NCBI RefSeq assembly: GCF_001194135.2
Contig: NC_069003.1
Span: 31,608,639-31,672,638 of the forward strand
Reading direction: 5' to 3'
Origin: Octopus bimaculoides
Taxonomy: Eukaryota
Length of the DNA stretch: 64,000 nt
Shown in pieces: positions 25,150 to 38,676 of the stretch; position 1 is the first letter of the stretch, and each line of letters starts with the position of its first letter. The notes below the pieces were generated by a model. The model did no database searches. It was given only the letters and a program-made list of their open reading frames with translations, and was not told the DNA's origin. A program made the position numbers and the translations under genes.

Positions 25150-26659
25150 GGAAATTGTATAGTTACTTAGTGCTTTTAATTAATTATGTGCTGGTGCCAT
25201 GTAAAAAAAAAAAAACACCCAGTATACTCTTTTAAAGTGGTTGGCATTAGGAAGGACATCCATCTGTAGACACCATGCCAACGAACAGAAGAGCTTGATG
25301 CAGTCTTCTGGATTGCCAGCTCTTGTCAAACCATCCAACCTATGCCAGCATGAAAGATGGACATTAAATGTTTGATGATGATGATGGTAATAAATATATT
25401 CCAATCCCTGAATTCTGTTTACATCTATCAGCCTCTCCTTAATCCCAAACTGTGTGTGCCCTGGCTTCTTTGGTTTCTTTCTGAATTAGAAACGGTGGAT
25501 TTTGTTAGATAGCACCAAGATGACAAGGAAAGTCATATGATGTTCTGCTTGCTTAACTAAAACTATACGCGGGCGCTGTGTGCTACATACATATGTTCTA
25601 CATATGACTGTTTGAATTGACGTCACACTTCTTCTAGAGTTTCAGTTTGTTCAAGTTTACTTCATGGACATTCAGAAAAGCATAATTCTAAAGACAAAAA
25701 AATTATTAAGCCTTCCTTGTTTCCCTATTTTTTTTTTTAATAGCTTTATGAAAGAAGAGTGTTGTTAGTTTAAGTGTTTGTTTGTTCTAAGCAGTTTCAT
25801 TGACAGTGGTGGTCCACAGAGACTTAGTATACTATATATTTATGTATATGTATACTTTCTAATTTATATGCATATGTGTGGTTTAACTTGTGATTAATTA
25901 GACTTCCTGTTTAAGTATATGTCTCTTTGTGTTTGAGACACATTAAACATGTGTGTATCTGTGTAGTAGTATGTTTGCAAGTAGTAGAAGTAGTATGACC
26001 AATGTGGAGTGTACTCACTACATTTAGTTGGGTAAACAAACATCTTAGGGTTTAAGTTGACAACTTTTCAAATTTTGCTGACATAGACAATCATCAATTT
26101 CCTCATGACAATAGATGTCCTTTGGAGTTATGTAACCATTTTTGTATGAAGCACGAATCAATAAGACGGTATGGAGTATCAATAGGGCAATGATGGCATC
26201 AGTTGCCAATCAGTCGTCCTGATGGATGTGTGAATTTATATTAGTAAATTCTCTGTTAAAACAGATGGAAACTCAACTTCAAGTATCATAAGATATTTAC
26301 TCAGCTGGATGCATTGGTCACACTTCACAAGGGTTGTATTTCTACGTGCAGGCATTACACACACACACACACTTTAAATAATAATTATAAGCTTTAAGCT
26401 TATAAGTATTCACTGTGTTTTGGTTATAGAAAGTAGTCTAATATTGGGGGCATATAAGCCCTCAATTGTAAAAAAAATGGGTATTAGTATTCGTTGCACT
26501 AAGAAGTGATACACAGTACCAGAATATAACAGAGGAGTCCAAATAGTTGTTAGATTATCCCCATAAGTAGAATATAGACCAGCTAGTTTGTACTGGCATC
26601 AAGCCACAAAAGTTGTAACAATGAATAATATCACTATTTGATTTGACTTCATTTTTACA

Positions 26660-26713
<54 letters not shown>

Positions 26714-27172
26714 NNNNNNNNNNNNNNNNNNNNNNNNNNNNNNNNNNNNNNNNNNNNNNNNNNNNNNNNNNNNNNNNNNNNNNNNNNNNNNNNNNNNNNN
26801 NNNNNNNNNNNNNNNNNNNNNNNNNNNNGGACTGAGGATTGGAATAGGGATTTTTCATTCTCTTAACCATGAAACGATCGTATCCGATTAACTAAAGACT
26901 TGTTTTGTTTATGGTTTCCCCTCCGGTTTTTTGTTCTATGTGTGCCATAAATATCGCCATCCATTTAGAGAAAAATTTGTAGTTTAGAATCAGTAGTTCT
27001 TTGACTGCTATTTCTAAATTTTCAGTATGTTGGAGAAGCAACTCAATGCTAATCCCTGTATATTTATGATGATAAATGGTTTTACCGATAAAGGTTTTTT
27101 CATACTGAACTACTTGGCAAAATTGTTAATTGTTAATTCTATTATTAATTGACAATTCCCTGCCCTTATTCT

Positions 27173-27210
<38 letters not shown>

Positions 27211-27215
27211 GTGTA

Positions 27216-27408
27216 TACCATATTTCCCTGCATATAAGTCAAATTTTTCGACCCAAAATTTACAGCCACAAAAAGGAGGTCACCCTATACACCAAAGCAG
27301 TTTTGGGGGACCCAAAAATTCCATGTGAGATGCAGCAGGATTTGGAAAGAGTGTGACAATGTGTGTATGTTTACATTACTTACCCTATATACACTGGAAA
27401 ATACGGTG
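27216..27408. mobile_element. pogo/Tigger-like MITE (partial second copy ~37105-37230, -)
   Basis: TACCATATTTCCCTGCATATA... TATACACTGGAAAATACGGT imperfect terminal repeats; internal segment repeated on the minus strand near 37.1-37.2 kb. Confidence 0.55.
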
Positions 27409-28434
27409 TGTGTGTGAATATGTACCTACGCATTCATACACTGACATACATTCAATGTGTCCCAAAAACAGTAAGGTGAGATTTTGAAGTAGACTCGACA
27501 GTTATTTCTAGCAGGATGGGCAACCGCTTTAGAGGTTAGTTCATTAGTTCTGCTTTCAGGTAGTCAGTAAACCAAAAACAAAACAAAAAAACAAACAAAA
27601 AACAAAAAACACTAGGCGTCAAACATCCATCATTTAAAGAGGGGAGGATGTTAAAGGTCATGGAATTGACATGTGGCCAGTTTAAGATAAATAACCTTTT
27701 GGAAGTCAGTTGTAATTTTTTAACAACATTCACCCAGTTTCTTCTTATAATTAACTGCAAATGTTGTAGAGTATTGGTCACACACGCTGTCTTACTCAGC
27801 TTTCCTGACTAAATAAACAATATTTCTTAATTCCATCTCCTCAAATGATGACAGCAACTTTTCTTCTATTTATTTACTTATTATAGTAAAATATACTTAT
27901 TTGTTATAATAACAAATAAATAGAAGTAAAGTTGCTGTTATTTACTTATTGCGAAGGTGCATGGCTCTGTGGTTAGAGCATTGGGCTCACAATCACGAGG
28001 TAGTGAGTTCGATTCTTAGACTGAACTCTACAATGTGTACTTCAGCAAGACCCTTTGTTTCATGTTGCTCCAGTTCACTCAGCTGTAGAAATGAGTTGCG
28101 ATGTCACTGGTGCCAAGCTGCATCTGCCATTACTATTTTCAGCAGAGGCTACTTTGTTTACTGGTCGTCTTCGAGTCTCTTCTATATGTTGCTTTGATAA
28201 GAAATCTTTAGAAGATTTCCTTGAAATAGTTGAAATATTGCATACACCTGGTGAAACTACAACAACGTTAATTGTAATTTGAGACTCGTTCCATTAGATC
28301 TAGCCTGTTTGATATAAAGCTATCACTTCCTTGTTATAATTCTTAAGAAGATTTAATTTTATAGGTTTAAGCTTATCAAAATATTTATTCTCTAATCCTT
28401 CCAGCCCTATAATTAAGTGAAACAAATATTTAAA

Positions 28435-28477
<43 letters not shown>

Positions 28478-28695
28478 GAGTGAGAAGGAAGCCTATCATG
28501 TCCCTCACCACTGCTTGCAACTGGTGTTGGTGTATTTACATCCCCATAATTTAGCAGTTCAACAAAAGAAACTGATAAAATAGGTACCAGACTTAAAAGA
28601 AAAAAAAGTACTGGGATCAATTTCAGCAAAAATTCTTCAAGGTGCTGTCCCAGCATGGCCACACAATCTAATGACTGAAACAAGATCAAAGATAC

Positions 28696-28726
<31 letters not shown>

Positions 28727-30088
28727 CCAAACAGACAACAAAAATAGATATAATTCAGATATGAAATGTATTCCTGTGAAAAGTCTAACCAATCACCGAC
28801 ATTCATACATGTCCTGGGAATATTCATATTTGTTTGGTGCGTATATTAATGCCTAGAACTGTCCTTGACCAGCTAAACTACATATAGCTTACAATTCAGC
28901 TTGGGTATATTTTGATGAATAATTGAGTTTTCAGCAGTAAATGTTACTTTAGCAATGTTTGTTGATTGATTCACTCTGCTAGGTTAACCAACCACCAAAT
29001 AGTGGTGATTGGAATATCCATGATGTTGTGCCATATTTTTATGCTTTTATAACTTGACTGTCTCTTGTATATCTTGTTCAGATAGATCAGTGGTTTTCAA
29101 CCATTTTTTTTAGTTATGGACCTGTTTGTTTCTTTCTTTGACTCTCATAACTATTCAATGTTTTTAAAAAATCCTATTTTTATAATTAAATATTACTAGG
29201 AATTGTATAAAAGAAATTAAAATATTTTGTAGATTTTAGAAGTATAACCAGCTTCTTGTGCATAAATTTTAACAAATTAAACCTTATAAGGAACCCCACC
29301 CCAACAAGACTTATATGGACCCCAACTGAGGACCTTTGGGATAGATTCAGATCTAGTTTATTCGCTTCTGCTTGATTGACAGGACGGACTTTTGTACAGT
29401 GTCAGTTTGTTCGAGGATACCAGTTTTGTCTCGTGCTGATATATTTGTTTACTAAGTGGCATATGTGGTGACCAAAAGGGGTTAATGACAGGAAAGGCAT
29501 CCGATCATGAGATATTGACTCAGAAAATTCTGACCAATCTAAGCCTGCAATGGAGAAGTGGGGTGTAAAACTAAGATGATCGTGTTTAGATGTACTTGTT
29601 GATTGGCCAGTTTACCATCATAAATGTGTGAAATATTTCACAACTGGATTTCACGATATGCTACTTTAAAAAAGTTTCTTATTTCAAAATGTCAGGCTAA
29701 TTCTGATTGTTTTCCTGATGTTCAGAAATGAAAACCTTAAAAGCTTCAGTGCATCTACAGCCAAGTCTCATGTGATTCAGTTGTATTTTGTACATAAGTT
29801 GTTTTTTGTTTTCCGGTGCAAAAACTTAAGTGCTAAATACATCTTTCGTTGGAAGTGCGTAGTTTATTTGTTTACACACACACGTGCATGTATGTGTATT
29901 TAACTTTTTTCTATTTTAAAGAAATATTAGGAATCACAGAACATTTGCTGATGGTAGGGAAACTTGATATTAAAAGCAGAGTCCAATTTAATATATAATG
30001 TCGCAGAAATGGGATTGCGTATTATATAAACTGAAGCAAAGTTTTATTCAATCAGCTTTGTAGATGACTATACATACCTAGATTTATT

Positions 30089-30440
30089 TTACTCTTTTAC
30101 TTGTTTCAGTCATTTGACAGCGGCCATGCTGGAACACCCGTCTTTAGTCGAGCAAATCGACCCCAGGACTTACTCTTTGTAAGCCTAGTACTTATTCTAT
30201 CAGTCTCTTTCGCTGAACTGCTAAGTTACGGGGACGTAAACACAGACACACAAACACATACACACATACATATATATGACAGGCTTCTTTCAGTTTCTGT
30301 CTACCAAATCCACTCACAAGGCTTTGGTCAGCCCGAGGCTTTAGTAGAAGACACTTGCCCAAGGTGCCACACAGTGGGACTGAACCAGGAACCATGTGGT
30401 TCGTAAGCAAGCTACTTACCACACAGCCACTCCTATGCCT
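30089..30440 (-). mobile_element. Full-length tRNA-derived CORE-type SINE (family A) with internal (CA/TA)n
   Basis: Minus strand: head GCAT(A/G)GGAGTGGCTGTGTGGTAAG.., CORE-like ACCTTGGGCAAGTG motif, internal microsatellite and tail ..GACTGAAACAAGTAAAAGAGTA. Many copies in the window. Confidence 0.85.
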
Positions 30441-32499
30441 ATTTGTATAAATCTACTCTAAAAATAGTGGGTAGGGGAACATTAACACTCAGTCCATCAA
30501 AAAATAAGATTTAGATGTTGAAACATTAATGAACTTTGAAAAGTTAGTCCCAGACTGCACCATGCTTCGCTGTCTGTTTTGGCATGGTTTTTACAGCTGG
30601 GTCCCCTTCCTAACACCATCACTCTGCAGAGTGGGCTGAGTGCTTTTTACGTGGCACCAGCACAGGCGAGGTCATTTTTGGCATAGTTTTTTCTCTTTTT
30701 TTTTTTACTGTTGGATGCCCTTCCAAATGCCAAACACTTAACAATGTGGACTGGGTGCTTTTTACGTGGCACCAGCACCAGCAGGGTCACCAAGTAACTT
30801 GCAATACAAAGATCCTTTGAAAAGTGGGTGTGTGGCATTGGAGGAGGTGATCTTGTACCAGATGATGAAGAGTTAGGGTGTGACAGACAGACAGAGAGAG
30901 GTCAGATGAAAGGTAAGGTTGATCTCCATGAGATTTGAACTCAGAACATAGACATGACTAAATATCTGAAACTTTCTACATCAGTGATCTACTGATTTTT
31001 CTTTCTACTTCGAATCTCTTCTAAACATCAAAGAGAAGGAAGAAGACAGTTAAACTAACCATCAATGACATCATTTTATACTGAAAAAAACGCAAGGAAG
31101 AGAGGGATGATGATAAGACTATAGCATCTGACCTACCAAACCACCACCACCACCTAAGGCCTGTGGTCACTTAGGGAAAAGACGTGTGTTGGGTTGTCTA
31201 TGTGTATATGTATTTATACATATACACAGCTTGACTTTAACTGAACTCTCTACTTCACTTTGGTTAAATCTCAGAAGTGTCTCTGTGACACTTATATCTC
31301 AAGTATGAATCTGTAGTACCAGCATTGTGACTCACATATGACTCACACACACACACAGTACATTTGCATACATACACACACACACACTGGCTAATATCGC
31401 ATCTGTATAGTCTCAAATAAATAGAGCAGTTGAATCATCATCAGCATTGTAGCCATCATATAAAACAAAGTTAAATTATCTGTCCTAGACATGGCTGTGC
31501 AGTTAAGAGGCCTAGTTCCATGTCAGTCCTGGTTCAGCAAATCTTATGTTCTAAGACGTTTCAGTTATGTCTGTCATGCCTTTTACTTCAGACATAGTAT
31601 ATTTAATGCTACGTTAGTTAATGTCTCCTTCCATTTTTAGTACAGTAGGTTGTGGTGTTAAGGAGATTCGGTTGCTGTTTCTACAGGTTGAGCGATCATG
31701 CAGAGGGTCTGTCATCAGTTTGTTAAAGAGCTTTTGTGTTTAGCCCAAGTTTCGTGCCTCCTTTCGTCATACCCTGGATAGGACATCAGTCTCTCTCAGG
31801 TAGCATTCCCCAGGTGATGTGGTATTTATTCTTTCTGGTAGTGAGGTGGAGTGAAGAACGAAGTGGTTTTGACTATGAACTCCTGACCTCTGAGCAAGCA
31901 GTCGAGTACCTCTCATACTCTCATCTACCTCGCAAATAATGTCAGTCAATAAAGTGGAGTGTTTCTACTAACTTCCCTTAACCCACTTTCCTTTATAATC
32001 AGTCAGTTTTAGAACTTTCCTGAGATAGCTGGCAACTATTTGTTTGCAGAAGTATCCGTTTCCTTTGCATATTAGATGACAGACTCTTTATGTAGCTTTG
32101 CTGGATCGGAGCTGACCTGGAACAACTACTACTGTTTATGATCTATATGATAATAATGAGCATGATTGTGTGGTTTAAGAATTTTGCTTCACATTCACGG
32201 TTCTGAATTTGATCTCACTACATGACCCCTTGAGCAGGTGTCTTCTACCAGAGCCCTCTGTTGATCTGAACCCCTTGAGAATGAAATTAGATAGAGGGTG
32301 TTCGGAATCTTACCCGATGGATGGGATGCTGTCTTGGACGGTTCGACTTAATCTATCACCTGACATCCTTCAGCAGAATCCACACTGATGTGAGCACTCA
32401 AACCTAGTTGGAGAGTAATTTTTTCCATTTACCCTTCTAGTTTCAATGGGCCTGTAAGATTATGGATGCTGCCTTGGCTACAGAAAGAAGATACTACTG

Positions 32500-32900
32500 T
32501 CATAAATGTATGTTGGGTAATGGCCAAATGCACACTATTACAAATACAAGTGAAAATGGGATTCCTTCGAAGGATCTCTAGAGTACTGTTACTTGACAGG
32601 GTGCATAGCTCAGAACAAAGTGTCTCTTCAGGTTCAGCCACTACTTGTCCACATTGAGAGGTTACAGCTCCAGTACTACAGACATGACTTGAATGTCACT
32701 GGAAAGACTCACAAGATAGATTCTTCAAGCCAAGCCAACCAACAAGAGATCTAAGGTTAGAACAAGAAGGTTGGATAATATCCAGAGATTCAGTTGGTCA
32801 TACTTTGGAATCCAGCTGGAAAAATCTAATGATCGTTGATTCTGATGGAGCCCCAGGAGAAGATACCTGAGGACTCTACTCCAACGAACTTCCCTAGAAT
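32500..32900 (+). mobile_element. Decayed 3' end of an RTE-clade LINE ORF
   Basis: Across frameshifts reads CWVMAKCTLLQIQVKMGFLRRISRVLLLDRVHSSE / LQVQPLLVHIERLQLQYYRH / MSLERLTR*ILQAKPTNKRSKVRTRRLDNI, resembling the RTE C-terminus (EMxFLRRI..DRVRS, LRWYGHV.RM, GKRP.GRP..RW). Confidence 0.75.
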
Positions 32901-34175
32901 AGTAGGCAGAGAAGTTGGATGGATAACTGTAGGATAATAATGAGTTTTCGGGTTGACTTCGTGTTTGTCTGCTATGAGAGATGTCTTGACGCTACCATTA
33001 TTACTCCTTGTTGGATATTAGACTACTACATCATTGGTATTGGCTGTTTCTGAAGTAGCCTGTATGGATATATAGGAAGTATCCATCAGGAGATGCTTCT
33101 TGAAAAGGCAACTGAGCATTGAATGTAGCTAGACTTGACATCAGTAGACAGTGGAAGTTTGTCGGAGAGTGCAGACTTCCATTGTCAGCTGTTGGGCACT
33201 TTGGAAAGTGCCGGAGGAAGACAATACTTGTGTGTGTGTATGTGTATAAATAAATATAATAGATGGTGGAGGAGGAGTGTGCTACAGTGCAATATAGGCG
33301 TACAGTGATAAGGATAGTAAAATGCAGTTTTTTTTATAGATTGGTGATGGTGGTGGTGGTGGTGGTGGTGGAGATAGTTTTGTCAGTTAACTAAATGGTT
33401 CTGTCCTGCATGTGATATGTAAGTGATTATTATGAATGACGCATTTGGATTGACAGAATTGTCAATGTCAGACAAAATATCTGGCAGTAGTTTTTTATGG
33501 ATATTTTTATGTAATTTTGGTATATCTGTTAAAATGAGATGTCAGTGTTATTTTCATTTTTGTGTGATTTAGACGACAATTTATTCACCGCACCCTGTGT
33601 ATANNNNNNNNNNTATACATACACACACACAGCATAAAGCTACTCATACACACATAATGGCAATTAGTTTGTTTCCTTTTGTTTGCCATATTAAATGTAC
33701 AACATTTGAAAGATCACCAACCAACCAACCAACCTCTGCCTGAAAAATGATAAAGAATTTCTTTAACCCTCTAGGGATATGTATCCCATGCTCTAGTGTG
33801 TTAAATAAGGGCAGTGTTTGACCTTTCCTGATCATATGTATGTGTCAAATGGCGGCTAATCCGACTGACCTTTCCCAGGAAATCTGGTACCTATTGCTAA
33901 TAACTAGATTGAACAAGAGAACAAAGGAGCCAGCTTGGTCTTACAATGTTCCACAACATGTTGGAAATAGCGAGCAAATCTCCTCAAATTACATACGAAA
34001 ACAAACATTGAAATACTAAAAGCTCTATTTTATGAGATATTGCAATTGCTTGTATGCTTTTGATCATAAGTCTGTTCAAGCCGGGACTGTCCTTGGGTTA
34101 AACAACAACAACAATTGTTAGCTTAACTCTTTTTGTTACCATATCCAGCTTTTGTTGCAATTGATTTTGAAAATA

Positions 34176-34550
34176 ATACTCTTTTACTTGTTTCAGTCAT
34201 TTGACTGTGGCCATGCTGGAGCACCGCCTTTAGTCGAGAAAATCGACCCCAGGACTTATTCTTTGGATGCCTAGTACTTATTCTATCGGTCTTTTTTGCC
34301 GAACCGCTAAGTTACGGGGACGTAAACACACCAGCATCGGTTGTTAAGCGATGTTGGGGGGACAAACACAGACATACAAACACATACACACACATATATA
34401 TATATACATATATACGACAGGCTTCTTTCAGTTTCCGTCTACCATATCCACTCACAAGGCTTTGGTCGGCCCTAGGCTATAGTAGAAGACACTTGCCCAA
34501 GGTGCCATGCAGTGGGAATGAACCCTCAACCACGTGGTTGGTAAACAAGC
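34176..34550 (-). mobile_element. Family A SINE inserted into a piggyBac-like MITE
   Basis: Highly similar to 30089-30440; MITE sequence (ttgaaaataat.. / ..ctggtgtttg) resumes on both sides. Confidence 0.8.
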
Positions 34551-35879
34551 TGGTGTTTGAAACCTGAATTAACATGAAATTTTGAGGGATTATTTAAACA
34601 CTTTAAAACAGGATATTTGCGTCTTAGAACCAAGAGCAGTTTCAGGCAAGTTTGTATCAAAAGAGTGAAACTGGAGCAAAGTAGAATAAAATGTTTTTTC
34701 TTGAGAAATATTTAGAATTCCTGTATGAGATTTGAACTCTGAACCTAAGAGCTTGTGTACTAATTACCTTATCCATTCAGCCACTTCACTTCTACAAACA
34801 TTTACAATATTCACTTTGAATGGATCAGTGACAGAATTAAAAGATAACTAAAGAAAAGTGCCTTGTGGTATTTACTTTTATCCCTTTTCATTCTGAGTCC
34901 AATTCCACCACAGGTGATTTTGCCTTTCATCTTTCTGTGAATAATAAAATATTTACCTGTTGTTATTTAACCCAAGGTCAGCTCTGATTGAAGCCATGAT
35001 CATCCTGTTCTGGAGATTTAGCTGTAATTTTTAGCAAGCAGAATGCCCATCTACAGGTCTCCTTGTTGGCTCATCTCAACACCAGTTGAGTTCTTGGGTC
35101 AATGCAATCGACTACACAATCCTCAAACATGAGAATAGAAATCAATATTTCTCCATGAATCAGTGAACATTGATGCGGTTATTCAGGGATTATTGATGAC
35201 TGTTCAGCATCTGGTGTGATGTGATGTCTCCTGACAGATATTGGGTTTATGTTCTGCAGATAAGATTTCATTAAAAATGACAACATAAAACAAAATATGC
35301 TTCATAATAATAATGCATTATGAAAGAGAAAAAATAGTTTGGAGCTTATTTCTGTTATAATTAATGAAAACAGTTAATTCATTGTTGAATAAGTTTGCTT
35401 GTTTTATTTTTATTTTTTAGTACATTGTTAAAAAAAAATATGGAAAATAAGAACTTAGAATGAGTCTTTTACAATAATAATAATAATGATGATAATAATA
35501 ATAATGATAAAAGTATTAGCTTATTTTATTCTATATTCTTCTTCTTCAATATTTTCAATATTTCAGACATTTGATATTTGTTCCAAACTCAACAGCTTCG
35601 TCATTTCTTCTTGTTTCTAGTCTCATTTCAGTCAATGATTCCAAGTTTCCTACTGAATCTATTTTTAGTTTCTGATATGACTTTCTATATATGTCACGGT
35701 TCCTTTTACATTGGTAAGAAGCTGTCTCCATTTACAGAAGTTGATTAAGTGGATGTATGATGGTTTGAACTAGAAACTTCTGGCAAAGTTGTTTTGCATG
35801 TCTTTCGAAAAATATCTCAGAACGTTATCTCTATATCTTGCAAGTCTTTTTATTTTTCTCTGTGTGTGTGTGTCACTAA

Positions 35880-36060
35880 TATATAATTGAAATTTACTGA
35901 AAAACAAAAGATGAAGACAGGTGTATAAACAACAAGCAAGTTTGACGATTGGGAAGGTGAGAAAGTCTTTTACGTTTCAAGTCTATGCTCTTCAACAGAA
36001 AGGAACACGAGGAAATAAACAGAGAGAGAATTTTAAAAATTTGTGGATTTAGTGGTCAAT
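35880..36060 (-). mobile_element. Penelope-like non-autonomous fragment (second partial copy ~37491-37560)
   Basis: Two copies share gtttc(g/a)ag..ctcttca(a/g)cagaaaggaaca(c/t)gaggaaataaacagagag. Both abut (TA)n tracts and contain a hammerhead-like fold on the minus strand. Confidence 0.5.
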
Positions 36061-37556
36061 ATATATATATATATATAAATTAAAAACGTAAAATTAAAAC
36101 AGAACACAAAGGATTCCGCGGTACACGTGTTTCAAGCTTTATAGTCGTTGCATCATTATATGAGTATATAGGTATATATATATATATATATATATCTTTA
36201 TAGGGTACTTTATCTTTTATTTCTTTCAGTCATTACTGGAATAACCATGAAATTTAATTTAGCAGTTAAAGGTTTAAGACAGTAGGGAGTGATTTCTGGA
36301 AGATTTGGCTGCTATTTCTAGTGATTGAACAGCTACTACCTGGATGTTCTCTCATTGCTTCATTGAATTGCATCTTTTGATACAAAAGTGGCTAACAAGA
36401 AGAAAAAGATACTCAATGGGAGAAGAATTGTCAATGCTTAATGCGATTGATTTCTATTTATTCCTCCAATAGAATTTCTTTTCTCAATTGCATCATTTGT
36501 TTGTTTTGGCTTTTATTCATGTTTTATTTATTTTGCTTTTAAATACTATTCATGTCCAATTAGCTTCTTTAATATTTTAATTTATTCTTTCAAATGGAGA
36601 CTTTCTTAGAGATCTCTTCCTTATATGCTTGTAGAATCTCATAAATTCTCATCTAATTTCATGTCAGTATTAGTTAGAGCTCCTAGCGAAGCCTAAGCTA
36701 ATTTTGGTATCTCCATCACCAGCGCACAACCACCACCATCACTTACCTAAATTCAGATTTTTATAATCAAAGCATAAGGGAGGAAAAAATGCATTTTCAA
36801 ATAATAAAGAATAATGCAGAGAAAAGAAAATAGTTTACAAAAAGGAAAAGGCAAAAAAAAAACAAAACCTCAAATAACAATAACAATATTTATAAAAAAT
36901 GTTTAAATGCACATGAATTTTTTTAAAAAAGCATTCTAACCACCCATTTCTTCTTACTCTAATATTCAGCTTTCAATTCCATTAAATGTATTGATTGTTG
37001 TTCTTTGTTGTAGAATGGTTTAGAAAAATCTTCAGTTGAGACTAACTTAATTTTGTGGTTAGAGTAGAGCTATTTACTATCATTGTTACAGCTGAGCGGT
37101 TCTGCCATGTTTTCTGGCATACATGTCGGTGTAGTATATAGTGTAAACATTCAAACATTGTCACTGTCTTTCCGAATCCTGCTGCATTTCGCATGGAATT
37201 CTTGGTCCTCTAAAGTCGACATACAATTACTGCTACTTCTGCAACAGCTAACTACAGCAATAATAACTATTACAATGGTTATGGCATCATCCTTAATAAA
37301 TGATGCATTTATATATATTGTTGATCTGATGAGCTATATAATTGTTGATCTGCATTCATTTGTAAGATGTACATTAGTACTATGCAATTCATAACATATA
37401 CATTAATGCAGACATGTAAAATGAGTTATTATACACTGAAATAAGTTATGGATATCAACTGGTGAAATAAATAAATTCAGCCTCCTACCTCCTGATGTTT
37501 CGAGCCTACACTCTTCAGCAGAAAGGAACATGAGGAAATAAACAGAGAGCGAATGA

Positions 37557-37614
37557 AAAGAGATAGTTGTCTTACTATATATATATATATATATAGTAAG
37601 ACAACTATCTCTTT
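37557..37614. repeat. Perfect 58-bp palindrome centred on (TA)10
   Basis: AAAGAGATAGTTGTCTTAC-(TA)10-GTAAGACAACTATCTCTTT. Confidence 0.95.
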
Positions 37615-37901
37615 ATTTTAATAAAGATTTCTAACCAGCTTTCATTGCGAAGCAAATTTTCAAGAAGAGGGAGAATGGAAATGTTTTTTACAAAGAAGTA
37701 CAAAATGAAGAAAATAATATATACAAAAATAAATATACCAATACATTATATTGTCTTTGAGCTTTTGAAGTTCAATGGTAATTCATGTATATAATGGTTG
37801 GAAAAATAAGGATGCATGAGAATTGAAAGTTGTATCAGGTTTAACAAAAGGGTTAAAAGTTTGTGTTAAGCAGGAAGTGTGGTGTCAAAACAGGAAGTGT
37901 C

Positions 37902-37985
37902 TGTAAGGGGAGACAAATGTTTTTAGTTGGAGTTATGAAAAAAAGAGTTCATAACTCCAACTAAAAAGATTTGTCTCCCCTTACA
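37902..37985. repeat. Inverted repeat, 38-bp arms (1 mismatch), 8-nt spacer, abutting a gap
   Basis: TGTAAGGGGAGACAAATGTTTTTAGTTGGAGTTATGAA / TTCATAACTCCAACTAAAAAGATTTGTCTCCCCTTACA. Confidence 0.9.
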
Positions 37986-38451
37986 NNNNNNNNNNNNNNN
38001 NNNNNNNNNNNNNNNNNNNNNNNNNNNNNNNNNNNNNNNNNNNNNNNNNNNNNNNNNNNNNNNNNNNNNNNNNNNNNNNNNNNNNNNNNNNNNNNNNNNN
38101 NNNNNNNNNNNNNNNNNNNNNNNNNNNNNNNNNNNNNNNNNNNNNNNNNNNNNNNNNNNNNNNNNNNNNNNNNNNNNNNNNNNNNNNNNNNNNNNNNNNN
38201 NNNNNNNNNNNNNNNNNNNNNNNNNNNNNNNNNNNNNNNNNNNNNNNNNNNNNNNNNNNNNNNNNNNNNNNNNNNNNNNNNNNNNNNNNNNNNNNNNNNN
38301 NNNNNNNNNNNNNNNNNNNNNNNNNNNNNNNNNNNNNNNNNNNNNNNNNNNNNNNNNNNNNNNNNNNNNNNNNNNNNNNNNNNNNNNNNNNNNNNNNNNN
38401 NNNNNNNNNNNNNNNNNNNNNNNNNNNNNNNNNNNNNNNNNNNNNNNNNNN

Positions 38452-38676
38452 ATATGAGCATGGCCGTTGCCAGTACCGCCTGACTGGCCTTTGTGCCGGT
38501 GGCACATAAAAGCACCCACTACACTCTCGGAGTGTTTGGCGTTAGGAAGGGCATCCAGCTGTAGAAACTCTACCAGATCAGATTGGAGCCTGGTGCAGCC
38601 ATCCAGTTCACCAGTCCTCAGTCAAATCGTCCAACCCATGCTAGCGTGGAAAGCGGACATTAAACGATGATGATGA
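38452..38676 (+). mobile_element. Family C element (5' end in gap)
   Basis: Same body and (GAT)n tail as 21350-21642. Confidence 0.8.

Noticed and set aside
30900-30920. ATG AAA G|GTAAGG, and the many GTGGTAAG / GGGTAAGT donors in SINE heads and tails
   Set aside because: They are part of SINE consensus sequence repeated throughout the window.
35677-35713. MTFYICHGSFYI-G|GTAAGA phase-1 candidate first exon
   Set aside because: No distinguishing feature beyond phase; within chance expectation.
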